Notes: generated from the letters alone by a model not told the origin. A stretch of DNA of 62,469 bases, filler included, from Nemertoderma westbladi (GCA_032718475.1; 3 parts of 3 records of this genome joined end to end with filler, not necessarily neighbours in it); one strand, 5' to 3'; positions 12,148-24,100 are shown, counted from the whole stretch's first letter. Translations and numbers: made by a program.

Positions 12148-12786
12148 GTCATGTTGAGCGAGAAGTACCTAATATCAGTGTGTCGGGAATACAACCACGT
12201 CCGAACGTGGCAACTAACCCGATTCCGGGGCATGATATCCACGCAACCCGGGTCCACTCCGCTCGCCTCCTTCAAGGTTGCCGCGCTCACCGAACCCGAT
12301 CTGCCGGCCAGCTACTCGTTGGGCAACCAGATCGGACCGGCGGGGGACCAACACGACCAACAGGTCTTCATACAGAAGATCTACCCGGATACGACCACGA
12401 TCTACGCGCGGAGGGCCTCGGACGGGGCTCGAATCGCGAGGATTAACTCCGTGGACGGGTCTTCGATAACCTCCTTCGTGGTACACGAGTGCGAGGGCTC
12501 CTCCAGGATGGGCTCCCGCCCCTCCCGCAAGTACATATTCACGGGGCACGCGAACGGGGCCATCCAGGTCTGGGACCTCAGCACCGCGCTGGAGGGAGGG
12601 ACCCTCGTCGCAGAGGGTTGCGATGGGAACCCCAGCGCCTCCGAGCTGATTGGCCTGCTGGAGTATAGCGACCTCGGGGCGAGTCGGTGTAGCACGCCGT
12701 GCATCAGCCCCGCCCCGTCGCTCATAGCGACAGGGGCTGCGGGCTGGGATACCCCGCAATCATGCAATGACTTTAATGATAACTAA
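12148..12786 (+). CDS. KCTD3: KCTD3/SHKBP1-like coding exon 2 (protein ~600 aa in total)
   Basis: Acceptor tttatctttcaag|GTC joins PVTK|VMLSEKYLISVC; NHVRTW..TRFRGMISTQPGSTPLASFK, VHECEGSSRMGSRP, TGH.NG.IQ.WDL. Confidence 0.93.
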   Translation, partial: VMLSEKYLISVCREYNHVRTWQLTRFRGMISTQPGSTPLASFKVAALTEPDLPASYSLGNQIGPAGDQHDQQVFIQKIYPDTTTIYARRASDGARIARINSVDGSSITSFVVHECEGSSRMGSRPSRKYIFTGHANGAIQVWDLSTALEGGTLVAEGCDGNPSASELIGLLEYSDLGASRCSTPCISPAPSLIATGAAGWDTPQSCNDFNDN

Positions 12787-12884
12787 TTATATTTGGTGAC
12801 ATCATCATAATAACCAGATTGAACCGGTGCTATTAACGATGTAATTAAAGAAGGTGACGCCGTGAAGGAAGAAGAAGGTGGTGA

Positions 12885-13559
12885 AGGGGGGGGGGGGGGG
12901 GGGTGGGTACCCCCACCTTCAAGGGTAAAATTGTCACATTTTTGGTATTTTATTTCGTCTGATGCAGAATTGAATGGGAAGTTCAAATCTTAAAACGGTT
13001 TGGCGAGATCGTCTTTCCGTCTATCAATTTGTCCGTCAAAATTTAGAAGACAGACAGACAGGCTGTTAGACAGACAAATTAGATGCCACCAAACATTAAA
13101 ACTGACATCAGAAATAAAATCACAGACCCTGAAAACCCCCATATTGATAATTTTAGTGAGTTGGTATGAAGCCATAGTGTCAAACATTACCGACCGATTA
13201 ACAGACTACAGACAGACCGGTTTGAGCGGGAAGGTTCAACCTTTAATGCAAATTATTATCGCGGAATTACAGAATTACATTATCAAGATATTTCAATTTT
13301 TTGTAGAAACGGGGCTGAGTCCAAAAAAAGTTGGTTTCAAACAATTTGGATAAATATTACGGGACTAGTAGTGTTTTTAGTGAAATATTTAATTCCGCCA
13401 CTAGAGGGACACAAAAAATTTTGAAATTTCCATTTTGCTGCTCTTTGGCCTCCGCCACGGTGGCTGAACACAACATAACAGTGATATTGACCTACAACAC
13501 GAAGTTAGAGCTGTTTTAAAAACTCTCCTGAACGGGTAACCCCCCCCCCCCCCCCCCCT
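12885..13559. mobile_element. MITE with G-run/C-run termini (Kolobok-like, tentative)
   Basis: gggg..gggtaccc at left, gggtaaccc..cccc at right; internal homology to 3515-3960. Confidence 0.55.
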
Positions 13560-13762
13560 AATGTGGAATTTCTTCCATTTCATTAAAATCAATTGATTCT
13601 TATATTTTAACTTAATTAAAGTTAATATATTAACTTATAAGTTAGTATTTAGCAGATAGTTGTTTAACTATGGATTACATTTGGTATTCTTTATCGATGT
13701 TATTATATTCTCGCCTTTGTGCCGGTATTATAAATAAATTATACTAAGATGCGGATTTTATT

Positions 13763-14118
13763 GACTCACAGAATTTATTTTTTTATTGACGCCTTTGAAC
13801 TAATTATTAGTTAATTAACTTTATAATGGTTGAATAAATTTCTGATACATAAAAGATTTAATTTCTGATACAACATAAACATAACTGTCAGAAATTAATG
13901 AGACATTTTGAATTAAATTATTTTATGTATTAGCAATTTATTCAGGGTTCTATCGGAATGTAATTCATCATAATGCGCATGCGCGAGTATCATCCTTATG
14001 TATGATGCGAAATAAAGTTATGAGAAATAATAATAATTATAAACACAAATTTATACGGCGCCTTGGAATTTAATAATTAGTTCAAAGGCGCCAATTAAAA
14101 AAATTAATTTTGTGACTC
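13763..14118. mobile_element. MITE with ~48-bp imperfect TIRs
   Basis: cacagaatttattttt..gcctttgaactaattatta versus taataattagttcaaaggcgcc..aattttgtg. Confidence 0.7.
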
Positions 14119-14880
14119 TAATTCCTATGAGAATTTAATTACATCGAAATTAAATGTCAAAAATGCCATATATAACTCAAGAGGAACTCAAGAGGTACAG
14201 CTGTGCACATTTAATAGATAAATAAAGTAGACTTTATAGCTCGAGTTACTTTACTAGTTGATTGTGAGTAACGAAGCCCTTGTGATTGATATTGCCTGTT
14301 GTAGCTTGCACAAAGTAATTTACACATTACTAACACGTTAGCTGCGGATTGAGCACCGGTGAACATGACCTGTGCAACCCTGTAGTGCGGAGCTGCGGAG
14401 GCTATAAGTTGAGCACCGCGGGGCTCAAATACATCAGCTGTTGTTATATTCGGTATCTGTGACCTTTGTATGACTCATATATATTTTTTGGGTTTGTGCA
14501 CCGGTTCACAATCCGCACTACACAAGCGCCAGTGCGGAATGAGCGCCGGTGCTCAATAGTTCTACTTATATAAATATGGTGGGATTTTTAAAATGCTCTA
14601 CTGTAGCGTAGCTATTAGGCCTATTTGATTTAGTTCATTGTTAGTTAAGCAATAACTGTTGACTGTTTACTTTTCATGTATTAATTTATATTGCATGAGC
14701 AAATGTGCTGTAACAATAACAATGTTATTTTATATTGTTTTACTTTATAAATGTTTTTAAACCCAAAATAATTTATGGTGGGGGGGGGGGGGGGGGGGGT
14801 CGTTAAACTGCTGACATTATCTACTATGGGGTTACCCCCTGAAATTACGAAAGTGGCCAAAGGTAATAAGTTATGTTTAA

Positions 14881-17527
14881 CCTTCCTATTCTGCTCGGGT
14901 CATATTGACCCATTTGCAATTTCAATCATAAAATTTTTATCGAAAACTTTAGTACCTGACACTCTAGGTCAGTGACTTTTATTAATTTTTTGCACTGAAT
15001 CCGAATCTGCTGTCAAAATTGTGGTGCCACCAAGATTTAATCAAGGAATTTTAATTTTACCATCAACTATCTTCGGGTCATAATGACCCAGCGCTATATT
15101 TTCAATATAATTTAATATAACTAACTGTTTGTTGTATTTAGTTTATAAAGCGTGGATCAGGATTTCACTTCTCAACCAACTCACAGTACTTCGGTAGGCC
15201 TTGTTTCTAACCAAACAGTTAACATACTGCATGATTGTATGCCTGTATGCACGTTACAAGTCTGGTGAAATTTCTAGTTCTAAACTGATGTGGGAGTACT
15301 GGGTACCGCACCGGTACCGGGATAAAAGTAGGCCATATGGCAGTTTCAATAATAGTAAACATTGGGTAGGCCGGCCTGGCCTTGTAGAATAATAATTACC
15401 GACACAAAGTTTGTAGCCTAATACCATAGGTCCCACAGTGAATAAATGGACAACTATGTTTCGGAAGAGTCGGTAGATTTAGCGGAATCTTCAGGGTCTG
15501 ATGGTTCTGAAAGTGAGATTTTTCTTGGGTTTGAAGAGGAGTTTATTTCAGATTTATCTGAAGAAGAGGTCAGCGAAGATGAAACTGCAGATACCGGTAC
15601 GGGCAATGGTGGGGCCAATAAATCTATTGATTTTTTCCTGTCTAAAAATCATTCAATCCAATGGAAGAAAGCCCCTATTACAATTGCAGGACGGACTCCC
15701 AATCGAAATATTATCAGGGAGAGGCCTGGCCCAACAAGATATGCAATCGCGAGATGTAATGACCTTACGTCCACATTTCAAATGTTCTTCCACCCATCCA
15801 TGGAAAAATTGATACTGGAGATGTCAAACAAGAACGGAAACCGAATTTTTCCCGGCAAATGGAAGCCGTTGGACATTGTAGAAATGAATGCTTATCTTGG
15901 CCTTCTATTACTCGCTGGTGTCTATCGGTCAAACGGTGAGGCCCTGTCATCCCTGTGGGCTCAATCAACTGGCCGTCCTATTTTTCGAGCTACTATGTCA
16001 CTCCAGAGATTCTACGAACTAAATCGCGTCGTTCGATACGATGACAAGGAGACTAGACTAGCGAGAAAATCTCCTGATAAATTCGAACCTATTCGAGAGC
16101 TGTGGGAGAAATTTATTGATGTTCTGCCCCTGGTATACACACCAGCAGGGGATGTTTGTATTGATGAACAACTTGTTGGGTTCCGGGGACGATGTGGATT
16201 TCGGCAATACATACCAAGTAAACCGGAAAAGTATGGGATCAAATTTTGGATGCTAACAGCAGGGGACTATATTTACGCTATTCAGCCTTACCTTGGGAAG
16301 CCCGTTGATGGACCGCGGGAAATAAATCAAGGGATGCGAGTTGTACTTGAACTATCTAAAGGTCTTACAGGCCGTAATATCACTTGCGATAATTTCTTTA
16401 CATCATTTAGGCTTGGGCAGGAACTCAAAAAACGTCACCAAACTGTTGTTGGAACTATCCGGAAGAACAAAGCGGAACTTCCCCTAGATTTCGTCAACCA
16501 TCGCGGTAGGATTCCACTAAGTAGCCTGTTTGGGCACACTGACGATACTACAATAGTATCCTACTGTCCCAAGAAAGGAAAAGTGGTTACACTGATGAGC
16601 ACAATGCACATGGATGCAGAAGTTTCTCAAACCCGATCGGATAAAAAACCAGAGATAATTCTCAAATATAATCGTGAGAAGGGAGGGGTAGATAGCGCCG
16701 ACAAGTGTTTAGTCACCTACTCAACTAAACGAATGACAAAGCGGTGGCCGGTTGTTGTATTCTCCAATATGCTAGATATAGCTGCTTACAATGCATTTGT
16801 TATATGGCGTGAGATAAACCCAAACTGGAATCAAGGCAAACTCTTTCGACGGCGAATTTTTTTGGAACAGCTTGGGCAGGAATTAATCCGCGGACACATA
16901 ATCCGGCGAGATGTAATGCCACGGGATGAGCACTCCAAAGCAATTGTAAGAGACGTCCAACAAGGCGGTACACCTTCTGATCCAAGTTCGAGGTACGAGG
17001 CACAAGTGGGAACTATATCAGAGATCAAGAAGAGGGCTCGCTGCCACATCTGCAGCGGTAATGATAACAAATATAACTTGCAGTGTTGTATCTGCGGTAA
17101 ATTTGTGTGTAAATTACATGGTTATATTTTATGTGGTGGTTGCAAATAAATAATAAATATATAATTATCATATTATTATATATAAATACACAGTAATATG
17201 TTTTTATGAAAATCTAAATAGGCTATAAAAGTTTAAGCCATATATAAGTTTAGTAGATTAGTATAAATTAGCAAAAAATTAATTTTTGGAATTTTTTTAT
17301 AAATTCTGAAAAAAAAATTTTTTTTAATTTCCGGAAAATTTTCCGAGATTTCCGAGAAATTTTTCGGAAAATTACTAAAAACACGGAAATTTCCCAGAGC
17401 ACCTAGAACAAGTATCAAACTAACACCATATATCAGTTTATTAATGTAAATATACCATAATGTTACCTCTGGGTCATATTGACCCAGAGGATAGCCGATG
17501 TATATTTTTTTGAGCGTAATAGGAAGG
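14881..17527 (+). mobile_element. Full-length autonomous piggyBac transposon (2647 bp)
   Basis: TTAA at 14877-14880 and 17528-17531; 16-bp TIR CCTTCCTATT..GCTC (2 mismatches); subterminal near-palindrome GGGTCATA(T/A)TGACCC at 14897, ~15075 and 17471. Confidence 0.95.
15446..17149 (+). CDS. piggyBac transposase (PGBD4-like, DDE_Tnp_1_7), 567 aa, uninterrupted
   Basis: Catalytic motifs CIDEQ, CDNFFTS and KGGVDSAD; QYIPSKPEKYGIK; C-terminal Cys-rich domain RCHIC...CCICGKFVCKLH...CGGC. Confidence 0.95.
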   Translation: MDNYVSEESVDLAESSGSDGSESEIFLGFEEEFISDLSEEEVSEDETADTGTGNGGANKSIDFFLSKNHSIQWKKAPITIAGRTPNRNIIRERPGPTRYAIARCNDLTSTFQMFFHPSMEKLILEMSNKNGNRIFPGKWKPLDIVEMNAYLGLLLLAGVYRSNGEALSSLWAQSTGRPIFRATMSLQRFYELNRVVRYDDKETRLARKSPDKFEPIRELWEKFIDVLPLVYTPAGDVCIDEQLVGFRGRCGFRQYIPSKPEKYGIKFWMLTAGDYIYAIQPYLGKPVDGPREINQGMRVVLELSKGLTGRNITCDNFFTSFRLGQELKKRHQTVVGTIRKNKAELPLDFVNHRGRIPLSSLFGHTDDTTIVSYCPKKGKVVTLMSTMHMDAEVSQTRSDKKPEIILKYNREKGGVDSADKCLVTYSTKRMTKRWPVVVFSNMLDIAAYNAFVIWREINPNWNQGKLFRRRIFLEQLGQELIRGHIIRRDVMPRDEHSKAIVRDVQQGGTPSDPSSRYEAQVGTISEIKKRARCHICSGNDNKYNLQCCICGKFVCKLHGYILCGGCK

Positions 17528-17954
17528 TTAATAAGTTTACTAATGTGATGGGATAATTAATTATCGCAATAATTTTTATTGTCCGTTTAAATCCTTTTTT
17601 TGTCCTTTTTTTTTATTTTTATGTCCTCCAAAAGTCTAATGTTAGGTTCCATGCTACCGGTTTCTCTACTGCTGTTCTCTCAGGCTATCAGTACCGGTAT
17701 TAGTATATATAGCACTATTTTGCTGTATTGTATGTACAGATGTAGGTATAAAGCAGGTATTTCTGTATTTTAGTGCCGGCACCGGTACTGCTATAGGCCT
17801 ACTGTGTAGCCTACCATTTAAATACGGTAATGGTAGGCCTACCGGTTGTGCTAATAAATTTTAAATAATTGATAGGCCAAACTGGATTGCACGATTGTGG
17901 AAAATGTGGATATACCTTTCACATAATTTAGGCCTATTACTGTATTAGTTTTAT

Positions 17955-18590
17955 CGTCTCTGTAACCTGCCTGCTCCTTTCCCTCAATTAGTTAAATGAT
18001 CGTTTATTGTTTTGGTTAGAAAATCCCGCCTCTGTAACCTGCCCCTTTCCCTCAATTAGTTAAATGATCGGTTATTGTTTTGGTTAGAAAATCCCGCCTC
18101 TGTAAACTGCTCCTTTCCCTGAATTGGTAAAGTGACCGTTTATTGTTTTGGTTAGAAAGGCCCGCCTCTGTAACCTGCCCCTTTCCCTCAATTAGTTAAA
18201 TGATCGTTTATTGTTTTGGTTAGAAAATCCCGCCTCTGTAACCTGCTCCTTTCCCTCAATTAGTTAAGTGATCGTTTATTGTTTTGGTTAGAAAATTCCG
18301 CCTCTGTAACCTGTCCCTTTCCCTCAATTAGTTAAATGATCGTTTATTGTTTTGGTTAGAAAATCCCGCCTCTGTAACCTGCTCCTTTCCCTCAATAAGT
18401 TAAGTGATCGTTTATTGTCTTGGTTAGAAAATCCCGCCTCTGTAACCTGCTCCTTTCCCTCGATTAGTTAAGTGATCGTTTATTGTTTTGGTTAGAAAAT
18501 CCCGTCTCTGTAACCTGCTCCTTTCCCTGATTTGGTAAAGTGACTGTTTATTGTTTTGGTTAGAAAACTCGGCCTTAACCTGCCCCTTTA
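17955..18590. repeat. 60-bp tandem satellite, ~10 copies
   Basis: Unit gtttattgttttggttagaaaatcccgcctctgtaacctgctcctttccctcaattagttaaatgatc (approximate consensus). Confidence 0.95.
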
Positions 18591-19352
18591 CATCAATTGG
18601 AAATTGTTTTTGGCTATAAAATGAGTGTTTTGCAACGTCATGTGGTAATCGATTATCGACAACAACCACAAACTATTAAATATAGAGTCTTTTTACCACA
18701 GGCGCATATGGAAATCTATCTCATAGTCTATAAATCATGGAATCATGGAATGTTTTGGCACAGGCATAGTGAAATCAACTGTCTGACAGTCCAGAAATCA
18801 GCAGTCTGACAGTTTGAAGAAATACATACATAAAAAGTCATTAAAAGGACAATAAAAGTCATTAAAAGGACAACAAAAGTCATTATGCATAATTCGTCAA
18901 AAAAAAAATGACAAAAAAAGTCAAATAAAAGGACATAAAAAATCACTGCCATTAATTATTGGTACAATTTTGAAAATTGTTAACCCCGTAAGAGTAAAAT
19001 CATAAAAAATATATAAAATTTTCATGAAATTCAAACCACTATCTCTGGCCTGGAAGGTGGTGTTGAGATGCGGTTTCTTCCATGGTGGTTCTCCATTGTT
19101 TTATAAATGCAATGATTGTGAATTTGAGCACCAGTGCCCAAAGGCATTCCCGCAAAATGTAATTAACAAAAAGTAATTTGTTGAGCACCGGCGCACAATC
19201 CGCAGTTGAGGAACTGCTCAGGAATGTTCACCGGTGCACAATCCGCAGTAACTAAGAACCAGTGGTTTCGGAGCCGCAGCTAACGTGTTAAAGTGATCCG
19301 GGAGTTATTTATGTTTAAATGTTAAACTAATCTAGCCGCGCTCCTAACTTAC

Positions 19353-19514
19353 CAATTTCAACTGGTGTCGGTCGTTGTCAATGACTTTCTGGGTTAGTTT
19401 CGGTTGTCCGATGCCGCAGTTAGTAGATGTATTAACTGGGAGGACAGGCGTTAGGGATTGGACGGGATTAACTGTGAGGACAGTCGTTAGGATTTGGACA
19501 GGAGTGGAAGTCAT
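19353..19514 (-). CDS. Probable second coding exon of the unknown gene
   Basis: ttatttcctattttag|ATG...TTG|GTAAGT; 162 nt, open, phase 0, compatible with the upstream donor. Confidence 0.6.
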
Positions 19515-19658
19515 CTAAAATAGGAAATAAAAACACAAACTCCAACTAATTATATTTTTTATTCACTGATATTGTGTTGTGTGGAACTAACTAACTATAA
19601 TTTTTAGACTGTTAGATGCTGATAAAAAATAATGTAAGTATAAATAGTAAATACGTAC

Positions 19659-20591
19659 ATTAGTGGTCGTCGGATGAATTGGTGTCCGAGGTTTACGGTC
19701 GACATTGTCGAACTTCCGTGTGACTACCGATAAACCCCCGTCGACCTCGAACCCGAAACAGTTAGTGTCGGACCCCGTCGGATCAGCTCCGTTTACCAAC
19801 ACACCTACGCCGGTGTCGCCGTCCGACGGTTTACGTCGTTTCTTCGGACTCGTTTCCCGCTTCCTGTCCGCGGTGCGACGTCGTTTTCTCTGAGAGTCTA
19901 TCGGAGAGGTACTGCCGTCGGGGTCGCAGGATTCTTCGAATCTGTACGGGTCGTCGCGAGATGTTACGTCAGTACCAGAAGTTAGGTTGGTACCGGAAGT
20001 TACTTTGTTACTGGAAGTTACTTTGCTACCGGAAGTTACTTTGCAACCGGAAGTTTGGTTGGTACCGGAAGTTAAGCCGGCACCGGAAACTAGTTTATAA
20101 GAAATTTTCAGTAACGACGAATTACTTTTATTGCCATGCGAAGGTTTAATTTTTGGATTGTCTTTATTTAAATTTCTACTTCTAACAGATTTTGTTGTTT
20201 TCCATGAGTTTTTGACCGCCGCGTTTTCAATTTTTACCTCTGACTTATTTGAATCATTTCTTCTTTGTTGTCGTTTCGCATTGAGATATAATTTCTTGGA
20301 TTCTTCGGGGTTATCTGACTGAAAATTATATCCGAAATACTTTGGAGGAGAAATTATTCTACTTGTCGATCTGGTTAGCGAAGGGGTGGGTCTTACAGGG
20401 TTGGCGAGCGGGTTATATGTTGGGTTGGTGGGTCTTACAGAGCTGGAAGGCGGGTTACATGTTGGGTTGGTGGGTTTCACACTACTACTCGCTGGCGGGT
20501 TATATCTATGCGTCAACTCGTTATTATTAAACCCATAGAAACTGGTGCAGACACGGGATCTAACGGGGTACAGATCATCTTTGTTAGTCAT
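19659..20591 (-). CDS. Unknown basic, disordered nuclear protein exon with FGF/YxF-like motifs
   Basis: 311-codon open frame, NLS-like RKRRR and PKKRRK, internal 18-bp repeat, donor AAT|GTACGT at 19659/19658. Confidence 0.62.
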
Positions 20592-21165
20592 AATTAAGAA
20601 TTTCTGTTTGTTAAATCATAACTGCAGTACTGTCAAACTGTCACCACTCACCAAACGTCGCCTTTCATCTGTTCATAGGGTAATTTAGACCTATATATCA
20701 AACAGTCAAATGCAAATGGTAGGGTAGAATTATCACATTGAAATGCAGAGTAGCGCCGAATACAATGTCTGTACGTAAGGAGCACATATAAAACTTCTCA
20801 AAAGGATAAACCCTACGGCTGTACGGCAGTACGGCTACTGTCTACCTGCTACCAATCTACTGCTGTACCGGACCGGTACTGTACAGCTGTACAGTAGTTA
20901 TAGTATAAGTATGACAGACTGCCAGATAGGCCTAGTATTGCCTACAGTATTGCCGTACATATCAGACATATAGCCTACTGCACTGCCTTTAAGCTTCCAT
21001 CTTCTGCTAAGCCTATGTCAGCCTGTCAGCCCATACTCCCCTAAATATTAGACCTTTAGGCCTTTAGTTCAAACCGCGATACCGTCGATAATACCGGTAC
21101 CGCGAATAACTGACTGGGTTCGCAATCAGGTATATACTGCTGTACTGACAACGCAGGAACACAGC

Positions 21166-24100
21166 ATGTCGAGGACGACGGGCGAAGAAGATCTTGATGC
21201 AACTGTCATCAATAGTGATACCCTGGGATTGCCAACCAATCCCAGTGGACATGGATTATCTGATTCAGGTGGGATCCAAACCAATCAGGAACAGGTTGTT
21301 GGTAACAAAGGTAGGAATGATGGCCCTGTATGTAGGCCTAGATCCAGACCCCCGACATCGGAAGTCGATGTCATAAATTCTGTAAAGCGGTCAGTATCGG
21401 GTTACAAATCTCATTTTTCGAAATGTTATAATTCCTTCAATAAAGAATCAAGTTTAGAAATGTCAAACTTAAATTCTTTAGAAATTAATTTAAATAAATG
21501 TAAATCTATGATCCATTCAATTTCGGAAGAATATAATACAGCAATACTCAAACTTTATGATTTAGGTTATTCTGAAGTAGCAGAAAATTTACAAAGTAAA
21601 TACAATGGGGAAGTTACGATTTTATCTGAAAAACTGAAACGCATGAATAATATATACCATTACAAATGTGACCAATCTGAACCACTATCTGTATTGGCAC
21701 CAAAATGTTCAGATGAAGTTGGTTCTGGTACGGGTAGTGTAATGAGTCTTAAGGGACCTCAAAGTTCATCTACTTTTTTAGACCCTGATATGACAAAGGG
21801 TTTTTTATCATCTGAGTTGCCTTTCTTTAAAGAGTCCTTATGTCAGTCTTCTGTATTGCATAGATCAAAAAAGTCGAATTCTATTATCAGCAAGAATTCT
21901 AGTAAATCTAGCCACAAATCCTCAGCAAGCCACTCAGCCAGCTCAGTTTCAGCAAATGCTACTCTAAAGTTTCTTAAGGCTAGTAGTGAACGCAAACTAA
22001 CAAAATTACGGTGCGATTTGGATGCTGAACAATCTAAATTAACCAAACAACTACAGGATAAACAACGTAGTGGCCTAATACAAATTGCTGAGTTGAATGA
22101 AAGTCTTGCTGCTCAGGAATTAAAACTTTTGAATCCTGAGATGGCAACTCAGATCGATAATATTCTTCCTGAACATTCCAGTTCAAAAATAACTTCAAAT
22201 ATCCTTCAAGAGTCACCTCAGAATTCACCTGGTACTGATTTCAGTGAAACTTTGGTCATCAAACCAGCAGGCCCAGTAAAGTCTGTAACTCTGAACCCTG
22301 CTGTCCAAAGCTTTATTCCTTCCCCATCCCCAATCTTGCCAGGACAACAATCAACCAGTTCAATACCCCAAACTCATATGACCATCGGAGGTACCGATGC
22401 AGCTCCATCAAACCAAGTACCTACAACAACAACTTCCTCAATCATGTCCCGCGGTGTAGAAGTACCTCCCAACCCTTTTATGGGGGGACATACACTTACC
22501 TCTGCGCAACAAAATGTTATCCCAAATCTTTCGCCAATCATGTCAACTCAGTACTTCAATTCTTATCCTGTTGCTAATAACGTTTCTCAGTCAATTCCTT
22601 ACACGTTCACAAATAACCAGTCACAAATCAATATTAACCAATCTGTGATACCTCAGCCTGGTTTATCCTATACTGGTAATACAAACAATAATTCAACTAG
22701 GAACCCATATAATTCAATCGCATCAAACAATTTTACTGGTGCTCCAAATTTACATAGCAACAACACCGCTAGTAATATGGATGCCACTCTCTCCGCCTTT
22801 GAAAGTCTCAATGCAAGGATATCATTACCACTTCCTAAACCAACGATTTTCGATGGTCAAGTATCCAAATACATTTCTTTTGTATCAGCTTTCAGAAACC
22901 AGATTGATGTCCGACCCCTTTCTGACACAGAGAAATTATCTTATCTCTTACAGTTTACCCAAGGAAAACCCCATGACTTAGTAGCCCGTTATGAAGGATC
23001 AGCTAATGGTTACAGTAAAGCTTGGGAATGCCTACATGAGAGGTACGGTCACCCAAGCACTATTATTGAATCAATAGGCTAATTGCCGAACTTACAAGTC
23101 CTGTTGATCTTTCAGGTTCACGGCAAAAACAAAGCACTTCTCTTAGGGATTATGCTGATAAGATCTTGGATAAGCTAGCTATCTTGGAACAATTAGAAAA
23201 CAACTGTCTTATGAATTCACCAGACAACCTCCGTAAAATTGTCAATAATCTTCCAGATCATCTATATAACAGGTGGCTTAGGGAGGCCATGCGCTTTCGT
23301 GAGATGCATAACTCTGAGCCAGGTCTTATTAATGTGGCTCACTTCGTTAAGCGAATCGCTGATGAAGTTAATGATCCCATCTTTTATCGACAACCCTCAG
23401 CGTATTCTCAATTCAGCAGTACATTCAAGTCTTCCAATCAACGGTATAGCCCATCAGCGAATTCCAATGCTGTAGATAGCCAAAGGTTACCACATTATCT
23501 ACAACTCTTGATAATTCCATAAATGTTGTTTCCAATCTTAATGATAAGTTTCAACTACCCACATGTCGTATCTGTAAAGAGAAACACTTTCTAAGTGAGT
23601 GTCCTGAGCTCCTGCGCAAAACACCCAAGGACAGGTGGCATTTCATTGCCAGAGAGAAGGGATGTCACAGATGTTTATCATTTAAACATGTGCTTTCAAG
23701 TTGTAATTCAAAATTACTTTGTAAGGTATGCAATGGTAGCAAACACCACACAATCTTACACGATCCTCAAGTTACAAAACCTACAACCCCTTCATCAATG
23801 GCAGGAACAACTTCCAGTATCGTATCATTGTCTAATCCTGTCGCTGTCGCATCAATAAACAAATCTTCAGCACCTAGTAAGAGCATTTCATCACCCTTGA
23901 ATCACATCAATGATAATATTATAATCACTCGTCCTAACCTTCAAGCTATTTTCAGTACCTCACATTCCAATAAAAGGACATGGCTCTCTATTGTCCCAAT
24001 CAAATTAATCTCAGGTGATAGGCATATTACAACCTATGCTCTATTAGATGAAGGTTCTACTTGTGCCTTTATTGACCAGTCAATTTCTGATAAGTTAAAT

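Larger units (their letters stand above)
14825..18990. mobile_element. Middle inverted-repeat element hosting the piggyBac and the 60-bp satellite
   Basis: tatggggtta / taaccccgta ends; arm 17555-17630 (tgtcctttt motifs) is an imperfect inverse of 18835-18960 (aaaaggaca motifs). Confidence 0.5.
14334..19287. mobile_element. Outer non-autonomous piggyBac-like element
   Basis: Perfect 14-bp TIR CACGTTAGCTGCGG / CCGCAGCTAACGTG flanked by CTAA and TTAA; subterminal gagcaccgg and caatccgca repeats at both ends. Confidence 0.8.

Noticed and set aside
23070-23500. Programmed ribosomal frameshifting in BEL gag
   Set aside because: BEL/Pao normally has one ORF; two shifts inside gag without a canonical slippery heptamer fit indels or sequencing errors better.
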